DNA from: an uncultured bacterium
GTDB lineage: Bacteria > JACRDZ01
DNA length: 64,000 bases
Reading direction: 5' to 3'
Assembly: GCA_964457585.1 (NCBI GenBank)
Contig: CAYWFU010000004.1
Span: 13,927-77,926 of the forward strand
A model generated the notes under the pieces. It worked only from the letters and a program-made list of their open reading frames with translations. It did not search any database and was not told the origin of the DNA. Shown in pieces: positions 1 through 9,836 of this stretch; the stretch's first letter is position 1; each line of letters begins with the position of its first letter. Both the position numbers and the translations under genes were made by a program.

Positions 1-1898
1 ATGCCCAGCAAAAATAGTTCTGCTAATTTTCTAATATCAAGTACCCATTTGTAATCAAAAATTTTTGCTTCAGGATTATATCCTAAAGATGATAATTTTT
101 TAAAAACCGGAATAACTTCTTTAATATTATTTACATATATATGAGCTTTTTCAGAATAATTGAATTTTGCTTTTTCTGTAAGTAGAGAAGCAGATACTTT
201 CCATTTTTCAGTACGTGGATCGTAAGGTATGGAAAATGCATTTTGCTTATCCAAACGCCATTTTTCAAGTATAAGTTGAGTTTTTAAAGGAAGATAAAAA
301 TTTCGTCCGGCTTCTGCTCTTGCAACTATCCCGACAATGGTGAGAGATATGGAAAATTCTTCAAATTGCATTTTATCAGGGGCAGTGTCTAAAGTTGTAT
401 TTGAGTTAGCCCTTGCTACACTGAATAGCAATTTTTTCCCGATTATATGATTGCGGAATTCATCAGTTATCATATCATTTTCTAAATTGAATAATTTTTT
501 TATACTGCGTTCAGAAATTATAATTTCCAGTGCACTATCTGAAGTGAATTTCCCTCCAGCGATAAATATTAATTGTTCAAGCTCTGGATCATTGGTTTCA
601 ATCCCATATATTGTTTCTTTTCTTACTCGATTGCGCCAATCTTTGATTCTATAAATTCCTTCCCTGCGCTCAATAAAATGTGATACATTGGGAATTATTA
701 AAATCCTATTTTTATCGGGAAAACGCTCGTTATCTGATAGGTTTTTAGGTTTAATATCTATTCTTGTTAATCGGGAACCACGCTGAATTGTCTCATCAAG
801 AAGTGCATCAGTCCCTGAACGTAATGATTTCATGACAATAAACTGAAAACTGCCTAGTAGCAGAGCGCCTATTGTAAGAATAGTAAAAAGCATATTATGG
901 TAAAGATCTTTTATCGCAAAGTTAATCTGAAAGAGAAGATTAGTTCTGGGCTTGAATCCAAACCAAATATTTTTTTTAGATAAGATTTTTTTTCCATATT
1001 GACTGACAAGTAATTTTTTTTGAGAACTAATATTATTTTCATTTTGATCATTAATCGGTGAAAAAAAAATATTATCATTTGCAGTAGGTTCTTTTATTGC
1101 ATCTTTATTTTGATTTTTAAATATATCATTATTTTTTTCTTCCAGATATTGTTTATTAATTAATTTCAATTTACCATTTTGTAATTCATAAACAGTAGGA
1201 GCATTTAAGAATACTTCATCATGAGAAACAACAATGATTGTTTTGCCGGACTTGGATAATTTTAATAAAATGTCAAAAATATTTTTTTTACGATTTTTAT
1301 CGAGATTTGCTGTAGGTTCATCAGCAAGTATAAAAATAGGATTATGAGACAAAGCTCTGAGTATTGAAAAACGCTGTTTTTCCCCGATGCTTATATTGCC
1401 TGGATATCGAATCAGAAGGTCATTCAACTTTTTTTTTGATAATTCGGGATTCTCTTCATTTAGAATTCGAGAAGTATACATGGAATCAATAAGAGAAAAA
1501 AAATTTTGTCTGGTTTCCTGACTTTCAATATTATGAATTTTCATTGGCAGAAAAATATTTTCTTCAATATTAATATACTCAAAAAGGTATGCTTCTTGAA
1601 AAACAAAACCAATTGATTTGGCTCTGATTTCTTCCTGAATATTCCATGACAATGATTTTTTGTCGGTATGAATATCAATTCCATTTAAGCAATAATTGCC
1701 AAAGTATTCTTTATCAATAAGACCTAAAATACGAAGCAGTGTGGTTTTACCTGAACCACTTTCACCGCGAATAACTATGAAATCACCAGAATATACATTA
1801 AGATCTATCCCATTTAATATAAATGCATTTTCGTTTTCTTTATAATTTTTTTTTATATTTTTTAGTTGAATTATTGGATTTATAAACGGCATCATATT
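1..1898 (-). CDS. MacB-type fused ABC transporter: N-terminal ATPase followed by the first TM helix and a periplasmic domain. The C-terminal end runs off the window.
   Basis: ATG at 1898 on the minus strand. Walker A RGESGSGKTT is in frame (codons at 1769-1740). ABC signature and Walker B follow. After ~215 aa there is a hydrophobic helix, then a large non-hydrophobic domain as in MacB/LolE/FtsX-type permeases. The frame stays open to position 1. It is missing from the ORF track because there is no stop in the window. Confidence 0.75.
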
Positions 1899-1911
1899 AA
1901 CCCTTTACTAA

Positions 1912-3780
1912 TTATGGCAGATAAGATAATTCCATCCATACCTGTTCGTTTATATTAAATTCAGACGCAGCAGCTTCAAGAAAATTTTCTATTTTTTGTT
2001 CAGCAGTTTTAATTTGTTTAACAATTATTAACCGCTCTTCGCGTGGAAGATTGAAAAGAGATTCCATTGAATAAGCGAGTAAATTAGTATTAAAGTGAAT
2101 GCCCATTTTTTTTTCAACGATTTCCTGCAATTCAGTATCTTCAGGTATGTCTTCCCCTAAAATAGCTTTTAAATTTTCTGTAACTGCTTTAGCCATGTCA
2201 CTACCGGAGATTTCATCTTCAATACCTCCTACTTCTACAAGATAATTGAACATACGTATAAGTTTTTCAAGAAAATCTTTTTCAACCAGAATTTTTTCCT
2301 GATACATTTTTTCATTTTCAAACATCCACCCTTCACGAACAATAAATCCGCCATTTTCAATACTAAATTTAATCGCAGCTCCTTGCAGGCGGGTAATAAC
2401 TTCAGAATTGATTGCTTTAAGCGGCAGAATAGAATCTACTTGATTAGAAGAAATAGTTTCATGAGCAATTTTTTCTGCTTCTGTTTTTGTTGCATATACG
2501 GTTCTTGTCATAAGTTCTTTTATTTTGTTTGAAAAATTTTTTTTTTCTTTTGAAGTAGAATCTTCTATCCAGGGATAGAATTCTCCGCCTGTAAGACTTG
2601 ATAATTGTGATAGAGTTTTAACCAATAAGCCACGATCAACCGTATCTGCCTGAAATGAAAATACAGAGATATCTTTATTGCGCAGTAAGGAAACAACTTC
2701 TTCAGGTGTCTGTTTTTTTGCAATTGATTTTACAAGACCAATCGTTTCAGGTTTAGCATCACTGTTAAGTACTGCAATGACTATTTTTTTTTCACCACCT
2801 GATTGATCACTGATTCCATTCCATTTGAAATCCTTTGCTGATAATACCATTGCATCAAGAATAGGTTCAGCCGCATCACCCCCGCCAATCATATTTTCAG
2901 GTGTAGACTCTTTACGAAGTATGGCAATCCCATTTTCCATTGTAGTAGGCAAAACTATTTTTATTCGTTCTTCATCCATATCATCTCTAAAAAAGACAAA
3001 ACCAATATTAATATTTTTACGATTAATTTCAAGAGATTTCAATAGTTCTTCAATTGTTTCTGCCATTTTTGTCCCGTATTTTGACATAGAACCAGTTGCA
3101 TCAAATACTATACAAAAAGTAACTTTACTGAGAATTTTTTCGAGTTCTCCAGGAGTAGTATTTATTTTTATTTTAGTTTCAGGTACATATGCTGGGATAT
3201 AAACTTTATAAATTTTTTTATGAATTTCTGTTCTTGCTTCTACTCCAGCATAGATAGATTTTTTATCTACTACAGGGAATGATAGCAATTTTTTAGGTAA
3301 TGATTTAGACATTTTAGTATCTTCAATATACGATGGTGAAAATTTTTTTATATCTTTGGTCATAGCAAACTGCTCAATGGTATTTTCATCCCATATCATA
3401 ACATCAGTTCGTTCATTTGTTGTTATAGATGGTTTGAAATGTAACCCTTCTCTAGTATTCCAATCTAAAACAAGAGACTTTTTGACAAAAGCATGCTTAT
3501 TTTGTTGTTTTTTATCCGCAATTTTATAATATTCATCTTCTTCTTCAATTATAAAATAGGGTTTCAGTATCTCCATTTTAAATACAAAATCCCCTCCTCC
3601 TTTTCTGGATGTAGCAATTACATTATCAGAGCCTGCGATTATTTTTCTAATTACTTTTGTACCGGGAACATATAGTATTGAATATGAATTGGTTGACAGC
3701 ATACTAATTATAATTGTTATCATTGAGAGAATAAGAAAAAGTTTTCTTATATTTAATTTTTTACTAAAATTTTTATACAT
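1912..3780 (-). CDS. Membrane-anchored von Willebrand factor A (vWA) domain protein.
   Basis: N-terminal TM helix (LFLILSMITIIISML). Central vWA with MIDAS-like FCIVFDATGSMSKYG and further Rossmann beta-strands. 622 aa. 13 nt upstream of the ABC gene. Confidence 0.7.
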   Translation of the reverse strand: MYKNFSKKLNIRKLFLILSMITIIISMLSTNSYSILYVPGTKVIRKIIAGSDNVIATSRKGGGDFVFKMEILKPYFIIEEEDEYYKIADKKQQNKHAFVKKSLVLDWNTREGLHFKPSITTNERTDVMIWDENTIEQFAMTKDIKKFSPSYIEDTKMSKSLPKKLLSFPVVDKKSIYAGVEARTEIHKKIYKVYIPAYVPETKIKINTTPGELEKILSKVTFCIVFDATGSMSKYGTKMAETIEELLKSLEINRKNINIGFVFFRDDMDEERIKIVLPTTMENGIAILRKESTPENMIGGGDAAEPILDAMVLSAKDFKWNGISDQSGGEKKIVIAVLNSDAKPETIGLVKSIAKKQTPEEVVSLLRNKDISVFSFQADTVDRGLLVKTLSQLSSLTGGEFYPWIEDSTSKEKKNFSNKIKELMTRTVYATKTEAEKIAHETISSNQVDSILPLKAINSEVITRLQGAAIKFSIENGGFIVREGWMFENEKMYQEKILVEKDFLEKLIRMFNYLVEVGGIEDEISGSDMAKAVTENLKAILGEDIPEDTELQEIVEKKMGIHFNTNLLAYSMESLFNLPREERLIIVKQIKTAEQKIENFLEAAASEFNINEQVWMELSYLP

Positions 3781-3803
3781 TTAAATCTCCTTTCGTAATT
3801 ATA

Positions 3804-4682
3804 CTACTGAATCCCTGTATTTTCAATTTTTTTATCAGAAGGATTAATTATCAATACCCTTCCTAAATTTGGATTATCATTTTTATCATAAATTAAATTA
3901 TATATTTCTTTTAAATCAAAAACTCCCCACCAATTTTCTTCCAGAGAAATATCATCAGAGTAGAATTCTCCCAATTGAAAATTAAAATTTTTGTTATTGT
4001 ATATATTATTTTTAGTTATTCTGGATCTGGAATTTTTTTCGTACAAAAATATTCCAGTACCATTGTTAGTTATATCATTAAATTCAATTATATTTGCACT
4101 CTGGCGAAAATTTATTCCTCTTGAGACATTATTGATAATTGTATTATTTTTTATAATGAATTTTGACATACCCAAACGCATACCTTCAATATTATTCACA
4201 AATTCACAGTTGGTTATTTCACCTGTTGAGAAATGCGCATGCAGAGCGAATTCTGAATATTCGAATTTACAGTATTTGAAAATATTATCTTTGCTGTATT
4301 TAATTAATATTTTACCCCAGTCACCGGGATTTGGATTTGGTGACGATGAAGTGAAAACAATCTTTTGATCATGTATACCTTTGGCAATTAATCTACCTTC
4401 TGTAATAATTCCATTCGTTGGTTCATGCGGGTCATTGCTTTTTTTTCTAAAAGGAGCGAATTTTATTATTGATCCTGGCAGTATAGTGAGCGTAACGCTT
4501 TTCATAATTGTTACAGTACCATTAATTTCAATTTCATTCTGCCATATTGTGTCCTGAGTAATAAAAGCATCGTTGATGACAGTTTTGCCGGTATTTTGGG
4601 TTTTTTGAATTTGAGGATTACTGCATCCTGAAATTATTATGAAAAATACTAAAAATATTTTAAAATTATTTTTTAAAATCAA
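3804..4682 (-). CDS. Lipoprotein with right-handed parallel beta-helix repeats (NosD/pectate-lyase-like fold).
   Basis: Lipobox FFIIISGC. Repeated ~22-aa N/G/I-rich units (ITNNGTGIFLYEKNSRSRITKNNIYNN etc.) typical of parallel beta-helix repeats. Confidence 0.55.
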   Translation of the reverse strand: MILKNNFKIFLVFFIIISGCSNPQIQKTQNTGKTVINDAFITQDTIWQNEIEINGTVTIMKSVTLTILPGSIIKFAPFRKKSNDPHEPTNGIITEGRLIAKGIHDQKIVFTSSSPNPNPGDWGKILIKYSKDNIFKYCKFEYSEFALHAHFSTGEITNCEFVNNIEGMRLGMSKFIIKNNTIINNVSRGINFRQSANIIEFNDITNNGTGIFLYEKNSRSRITKNNIYNNKNFNFQLGEFYSDDISLEENWWGVFDLKEIYNLIYDKNDNPNLGRVLIINPSDKKIENTGIQ

Positions 4683-5724
4683 AATATTTTTCCCTTAAGG
4701 ATAAAGATACATTTTTAGCAGTAGAAAGGACTTTTTCTGCAATTTCAATTGTTGAATTCCCTAATCCGCAGGAAGGTGTAATTAAAGAAGAATTAAGAAG
4801 CTTCTTTTTTTCAAATCCTTTTTCAACTAGAATATCAATCTCTTTTTCAAACTTGTTAATTATTTTTTCCTCAGAGAATTTATTGATTTCTTCTGAATTT
4901 GGGATAATCCCCCATGCCAGAGCTCCATCCCGGTTTAGAAAATCGTTCAATTTCTCAGGATATAAAGCCATAGCACCGCTATATTTATAAGCATCAAAAT
5001 TTATAATATTAACATTTGTATCCATAAATAGACTCCAGTCTGTATTCCCGCAGCAATGAGATCCTGTAATAACATTAACAGATGTAAAAACTTCATTGAG
5101 ACAATTTATTATAAAATCTTTTTCAATATTAAAATAGCTTGATCCATAACTTACAAGCCCGGGCTCATCAAAGAAAAAAATAATTTGAGGACAAACCTTC
5201 ATTATTTCTTTTATCTGCCAGCGAGCCTTCATTATTATCGCTTTGGTAAGCATAGACATAAATTCTTCATTATAGATTATACTTTTCCCTTTTTCATCTT
5301 TTAAAGTTAAACCTGCTGTTATTGGTCCAGGCAATTGACATTTAAAATATTCTGGTTTTATAGATGTGGTTTTTTTTAGTAATTCCAGTAAATGATAAAA
5401 TCCTTTAACTCTTTTATTACTTATCTTAAAAAAATCCACGTTATCTGCAAAATAATTTTCATAAAATAGCGCCATATCATCAGAAAAATCATCCGATGTA
5501 TTAAAATAAAATGTTTCTTTCTTATCATCTGAAATAAGTCCTGGCAAATTTTCCAAGAGTGGTCCGCAAAAAGTATGTTTATATCCTAATTTAGGTAATT
5601 CAGGTGAAGCTGGAATTGAAGATAAATATTTCAAAACCAGATTACATGCTGGCTCTGACTCTGTATATGGAAGGCTGCCGATTGCTGTTGCTAAACACTT
5701 AAATTCTAATGATTGCTGGGACAT
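4666..5724 (-). CDS. Core MetE-like (cobalamin-independent methionine synthase C-terminal domain family) Zn-dependent methyltransferase.
   Basis: Motifs match the MetE zinc and substrate site: GSHCCGN (His-x-Cys), FFFDEPGL (DEP), ITPSCGLG (P-x-CGL). 352 aa, the length of the short archaeal-type MetE homologues. Confidence 0.55.
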   Translation of the reverse strand: MSQQSLEFKCLATAIGSLPYTESEPACNLVLKYLSSIPASPELPKLGYKHTFCGPLLENLPGLISDDKKETFYFNTSDDFSDDMALFYENYFADNVDFFKISNKRVKGFYHLLELLKKTTSIKPEYFKCQLPGPITAGLTLKDEKGKSIIYNEEFMSMLTKAIIMKARWQIKEIMKVCPQIIFFFDEPGLVSYGSSYFNIEKDFIINCLNEVFTSVNVITGSHCCGNTDWSLFMDTNVNIINFDAYKYSGAMALYPEKLNDFLNRDGALAWGIIPNSEEINKFSEEKIINKFEKEIDILVEKGFEKKKLLNSSLITPSCGLGNSTIEIAEKVLSTAKNVSLSLREKYFDFKK

Positions 5725-5738
5725 AAAAAATTCTCCTA

Positions 5739-7454
5739 TTAAAATATATCTTCCTGCGTAACTCGCAAAACTTCCTCAATTGTTGTTATTCCATTGATAA
5801 CTTTTTGCGCGCCATCTTCTCTTAAAGTAAGCATGCCTTTTTTGCGAGCAATTTTTTTAATTGAAGAAGAATCTATTTTATTTAAAATAGAATCACGTAT
5901 ATCTCCATCTATAATCAGGAGTTCATAAATACCCAGTCTACCCAGATACCCTGTATTCAAGCATTTAGAACATCCTTTTCCGCGAAATACAAATCCATTT
6001 TCTAAATTTTTAACTGTGAGTCCAATTTCCTTAAGTAAATCAGTTGAAGGGGTGTAAGGTTCTTTACAATTATTGCATATTACTCTTACCAGTCGTTGAG
6101 CAAGTACTGCTATGACTGAAGATGAAACAAGATAAGGCTCTACGCCCATATCAATTAAACGGGTAATTGCACCGGACGCATCATTAGTATGTAATGTGCT
6201 AAATACCAGATGTCCTGTTAAAGATGCGTGAATCGCTATTTCCGCTGTTTCATAATCACGTATTTCTCCAACCATTATAATATCTGGATCCTGACGCAGA
6301 ATTGAGCGCAGCCCATTTGCAAATGTCAATTCAATTTTGGGATTAATCTGTATTTGTCCAATTCCATCTAATTGATATTCGACAGGGTCTTCAATAGTAA
6401 TGATATTTTTTTCAACGGAATTAATATGACTTAATGCAGCATATAAAGTAGTAGTTTTCCCGCTGCCTGTTGGTCCTGTAACTAAAATAATACCATTAAA
6501 ACTATGTATTATTTTTTCTATTTTCGAATAAATACTTGAAGAAAATCCTAATTGCCTTAAATCCAGAAGTAAATTACCCCTATCAAGCAAGCGCATTACA
6601 ATTCTTTCTCCATAATTAACAGGAATAGTTGATAGACGAATATCTATTTCATGGTTAAGAATTTTTATTTTAATTCTTCCATCCTGAGGCAGACGGCGTT
6701 CGGCAATATTAAGATTCCCCATAATTTTTATACGTGAAGTTATAGCAGCCTGATATTGTTTTGGCGGGCTTAAAGCTTCATAAAGCATTCCATCCACGCG
6801 ATATCTTACTTTTAAATCTTTTTCAAAAGGTTCTATATGGATATCACTTGCGCGCTCATTTATAGCTCTTGTAAGAATAAGATTAACAAATTTAATAATT
6901 GGAGCTTTATTTGCCAGATCAAGCAGATCTTCCTGCTCTTCTATATGAATAACAGGCAGTTCATCGTCAGCTTTTTTTAAATCGCTTAACATTTTTTGTG
7001 TTGAATCAGTTTCTCCGCCGTATATTTTGTTAATTGCTTTTTTGATTTCTTCATCTGTGCATATTACTGGTTCAACAATATATCCCAATAAAAGATTAAT
7101 ATCATCCAGAGGCTGCAAATCAAGCGGGTCAGTCATTGCTACTGTTAGAGTTTTTTGATTTATCTCAATAGGTATTAAGCTATGTTTTTTAACAAAATTT
7201 AATGGGATTTGCGATATGATTTCTTTTTTTATTTTATATTCAGAAAGGTCTAATATTACTGGTATGCCAAGTTGCTTGCCAAGACAGCGTAAGAAATCTT
7301 CTTCTTTTAAATAACCCAAATCTATCAAAATCTCGCCAATACGCTTATGTACTTTCTCTTTTTTTTGTATTTCTAATGCTTCTTTAATTTTATCTTCACT
7401 TAAATGTATTTCCTGAACAATAATTTCACCAATCAGTTTTCTAATTCCTTGCAT
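5739..7454 (-). CDS. gspE: Type II secretion / type IV pilus assembly ATPase (GspE/PilB family).
   Basis: Walker A GPTGSGKTTTLYAAL. Asp and His boxes. C-terminal tetracysteine CNNC...CSKC. N-terminal GspII_E-like domain. 571 aa. Confidence 0.85.
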   Translation of the reverse strand: MQGIRKLIGEIIVQEIHLSEDKIKEALEIQKKEKVHKRIGEILIDLGYLKEEDFLRCLGKQLGIPVILDLSEYKIKKEIISQIPLNFVKKHSLIPIEINQKTLTVAMTDPLDLQPLDDINLLLGYIVEPVICTDEEIKKAINKIYGGETDSTQKMLSDLKKADDELPVIHIEEQEDLLDLANKAPIIKFVNLILTRAINERASDIHIEPFEKDLKVRYRVDGMLYEALSPPKQYQAAITSRIKIMGNLNIAERRLPQDGRIKIKILNHEIDIRLSTIPVNYGERIVMRLLDRGNLLLDLRQLGFSSSIYSKIEKIIHSFNGIILVTGPTGSGKTTTLYAALSHINSVEKNIITIEDPVEYQLDGIGQIQINPKIELTFANGLRSILRQDPDIIMVGEIRDYETAEIAIHASLTGHLVFSTLHTNDASGAITRLIDMGVEPYLVSSSVIAVLAQRLVRVICNNCKEPYTPSTDLLKEIGLTVKNLENGFVFRGKGCSKCLNTGYLGRLGIYELLIIDGDIRDSILNKIDSSSIKKIARKKGMLTLREDGAQKVINGITTIEEVLRVTQEDIF

Positions 7455-7474
7455 ATAATTCCTATGATAAATCA

Positions 7475-7556
7475 GGTTAAGGTTAAGGGTTAGGTTAAGG
7501 AAAAGATAAAACTGAATGATTTAAATTTTTCTTCAACCTTAACCTCAACCTCAATC
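7475..7556. repeat. Imperfect inverted repeat / hairpin built from GGTTAAG-like units in the gspD-gspE intergenic spacer.
   Basis: Left arm ggttaaggttaagggttaggttaagg (7475-7500) is roughly complementary to right arm cttcaaccttaacctcaacctcaatc (7531-7556). About 30 nt lie between the arms. Confidence 0.5.
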
Positions 7557-7571
7557 TTTTATACCATCTCC

Positions 7572-9833
7572 TTATTTTTCAATTATTAAACTATCATAAT
7601 GAACACTGGTTGTATCTATAACAAATGGTTCTCTTTTAGGCGAAGTATTGGAAAGAGTTTTTATCCCTTTGTTTTCATCTATAAAAGTTTGAAATTGAGT
7701 TTTTTTATCTTCAGTAACTTTATCAAAATCTTTACTATTTGCAATAATATGAGGAGTTATAAAAATCATTAAATTCGTTTTTGAATTTATTTCTTTTTTA
7801 CGTTTAAATAATATTCCAAGATACGGGATATCTCCTAAAAGCGGGATTTTGCTTTCTGCAGTACTTTTATCATTTCTTATTAAACCGCCAATAACAATTG
7901 TTTTTGAATGTTCAACAATGACAGAAGTTTTTGCTTTTCTTTTTGATGTTCTTGGAGCATCTGTAACACTAGCATCAACAACTTTACTTATTTCCTGTAA
8001 AATTTCCATACGCACCATTTTTGTCTGTTTATTTATATGCGGTGTTATTTTAAGAGTTATGCCAACATCTTTATAATCATATGTTTTAATAACATTATTT
8101 GTATCAGTAACGCGGCTATTGGTAACAAATGGTATTACATCGCTTATTACGATTTCTGCTTCTTGATTATCCATTGTAACGATTTGAGGAGTTGACAGAA
8201 TATTAAAATCAGAGTCAGCTTTGAACATATTTATTAATGCTCCAACACTTGATAATTTTGGAAGACCGGTATTTTCGTCAATCCCTTTTCCTTTCATAAG
8301 TCCTACACTGAATCCCATTCCAGGAGCTTCAGCACTTAATCCAAAATTTGTTCCGCCAAATCCAGATACTGCTCCCTCGCCGGGTTTATTTAATGAACGC
8401 CATTCAACACCTAACTGAAGGCTTTTATCCAGACTCATTTCAACAATGGCAGCTTCAACTAGAACCTGTGAGCGGGGGATATCGAGCTGGCTTATAATTT
8501 TTTTAATTGTTGCATAATTCTCAGGCGGTTCATTTATAATTAATGCATTGGTAAATTTATCAGCTACTATATTTGGTTTTATTCCAGTTCCAGGTCTTTG
8601 AGGAGGAGGGGGCTGCCCTGGTTCAGGTTTTTTTTCTACCAGAGGAACATTTGCCAGAACCTTTGCCAATTCTTCAGCATCAGAATTTTCAAGATAATAT
8701 ACGTGAATATCATCGCGGCTGATTGCCATGTCTTTATCCAGAGAATTTACAAATTCTATTATTGTTTTTGTATCTCCTTCATTAGCAAGTACAATTACTG
8801 TATTTGTTCTATCATCAGCCATAGCTTTAAGAATACGTTTATCAGCTTGAGGAATATTTACTCCTGCCTGTCTGTGCACCATCTGCATTTGCTGTTGAGC
8901 AGCCGGGTCTCCAAAAACAGATGTTATATGACCTGCAATCGTTTTTGCTGAAGCATATTTTATCTGAATAAGCGTTGTTTTAATTTCAGCGCCTGGAATA
9001 TCAAGATTCTCTATTACTTTTAACAATCTATGAATATTGGATGCTACTTCTGTTATAATCAATAAATTTGTTGGTATATAAACAGTTATATTGCTGTCTT
9101 TGGAAATTAATGGGACAATAGCTTTTTCAATATCACCAGCCTTAGCATAATTAAGGGGAATGAGTTGTGTGATAATACGGTCTTCATCAGTTATTTTGCT
9201 TGTTTCTCGCCCCACTTCGGTAGAAATATTTTGTTCCCTTGCTCTGCGTTTATTTACGACTCTTACTATTTTGTCTGATTGAACAAGACTAAAACCATTT
9301 AGTTCAAGTATTGATTCTATTACTTTGGCAGCATCTTTTCTTAGTATTTTTTTCGGAGAAATGACTGTAATGGCGCCGCGAACTCCGCCGCTTTCATCAA
9401 TTACAAAATTTTGTCCGGTTAATTCACTTAAAGTTTTAATAACTAATTTCACATCTGTATTATTAAAATCAAGCTGAATCATTTCTTCCTGCGGAGTTTT
9501 ATCCGCAGCATAAATATCAGTATTGAATTTAAGCATTATACAGTTTAATCTGGAAGTGCCAATGAATTGGCACAAATATAAACAATAAATAATTCCTATC
9601 AGAGACAGAAGATACCTCAAGGCTCTACCTCGAGGTATCTTCATTAAAAAAATATAAATAATAAATTTTTTGATATTCATAGGATCTCTATGCCTTCCTT
9701 TCATGAGTATATCTTTATCTGGAAGTGCCAAGAATACCCTGCAGTTTACTGCAGGGATGAATTGGCACAAATATAAATAATAAAATATTCCTATCAGAGA
9801 CAGAAGATACCCTGTGGCCACAGGGTTCTTCAT
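7572..9833 (-). CDS. gspD: Secretin (GspD/PilQ family). The true start is uncertain; the most upstream ATG at 9833 is almost certainly too far.
   Basis: N0-like domain (VKLVIKTLSELTGQNFVID). Secretin core (VLVEAAIVEMSLDK, STPQIVTMDNQEAEIVI). C-terminal S-domain. The 5'-most ~300 nt of the open frame is made of two copies of a hairpin repeat; a candidate start MNIKKFIIYIFL lies at 9679. Confidence 0.8.
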   Translation of the reverse strand: MKNPVATGYLLSLIGIFYYLYLCQFIPAVNCRVFLALPDKDILMKGRHRDPMNIKKFIIYIFLMKIPRGRALRYLLSLIGIIYCLYLCQFIGTSRLNCIMLKFNTDIYAADKTPQEEMIQLDFNNTDVKLVIKTLSELTGQNFVIDESGGVRGAITVISPKKILRKDAAKVIESILELNGFSLVQSDKIVRVVNKRRAREQNISTEVGRETSKITDEDRIITQLIPLNYAKAGDIEKAIVPLISKDSNITVYIPTNLLIITEVASNIHRLLKVIENLDIPGAEIKTTLIQIKYASAKTIAGHITSVFGDPAAQQQMQMVHRQAGVNIPQADKRILKAMADDRTNTVIVLANEGDTKTIIEFVNSLDKDMAISRDDIHVYYLENSDAEELAKVLANVPLVEKKPEPGQPPPPQRPGTGIKPNIVADKFTNALIINEPPENYATIKKIISQLDIPRSQVLVEAAIVEMSLDKSLQLGVEWRSLNKPGEGAVSGFGGTNFGLSAEAPGMGFSVGLMKGKGIDENTGLPKLSSVGALINMFKADSDFNILSTPQIVTMDNQEAEIVISDVIPFVTNSRVTDTNNVIKTYDYKDVGITLKITPHINKQTKMVRMEILQEISKVVDASVTDAPRTSKRKAKTSVIVEHSKTIVIGGLIRNDKSTAESKIPLLGDIPYLGILFKRKKEINSKTNLMIFITPHIIANSKDFDKVTEDKKTQFQTFIDENKGIKTLSNTSPKREPFVIDTTSVHYDSLIIEK
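9548..9647. repeat. Copy A of a nested-hairpin repeat element (short form).
   Basis: atctggaagtgccaaTGAattggcacaaatataaacaataaataattcctatcagagacagaagatacc + hairpin (agatacctc/gaggtatct) + ttcatt. The gtgccaa/ttggcac arms are palindromic. Confidence 0.8.
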
Positions 9834-9836
9834 TGA
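9717..9836. repeat. Copy B of the same repeat element, tandem to copy A.
   Basis: Same 5' and 3' conserved blocks as copy A. It carries an inserted perfect hairpin ccctgcagtttactgcaggg between gtgccaa and ttggcac, and a different terminal hairpin ccctgtggccacaggg. It ends in ttcttcattga, which contains the TGA stop of the upstream gspC-like gene. Confidence 0.8.

Noticed and set aside
451-654. 67-aa plus-strand ORF.
   Set aside because: It lies entirely inside, and antisense to, the well-supported MacB-type ABC gene (Walker A in frame on the minus strand). It has low-complexity AT-rich codons.
2825-4368. Several plus-strand ORFs (2825-3202, 3493-3675, 3991-4368), and similar antisense ORFs inside gspD, leuA, leuC, macA, fabK, fabF and the adhesin genes.
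   Set aside because: All are antisense shadows within strongly supported genes. They have AT-rich codon artefacts and no motifs.
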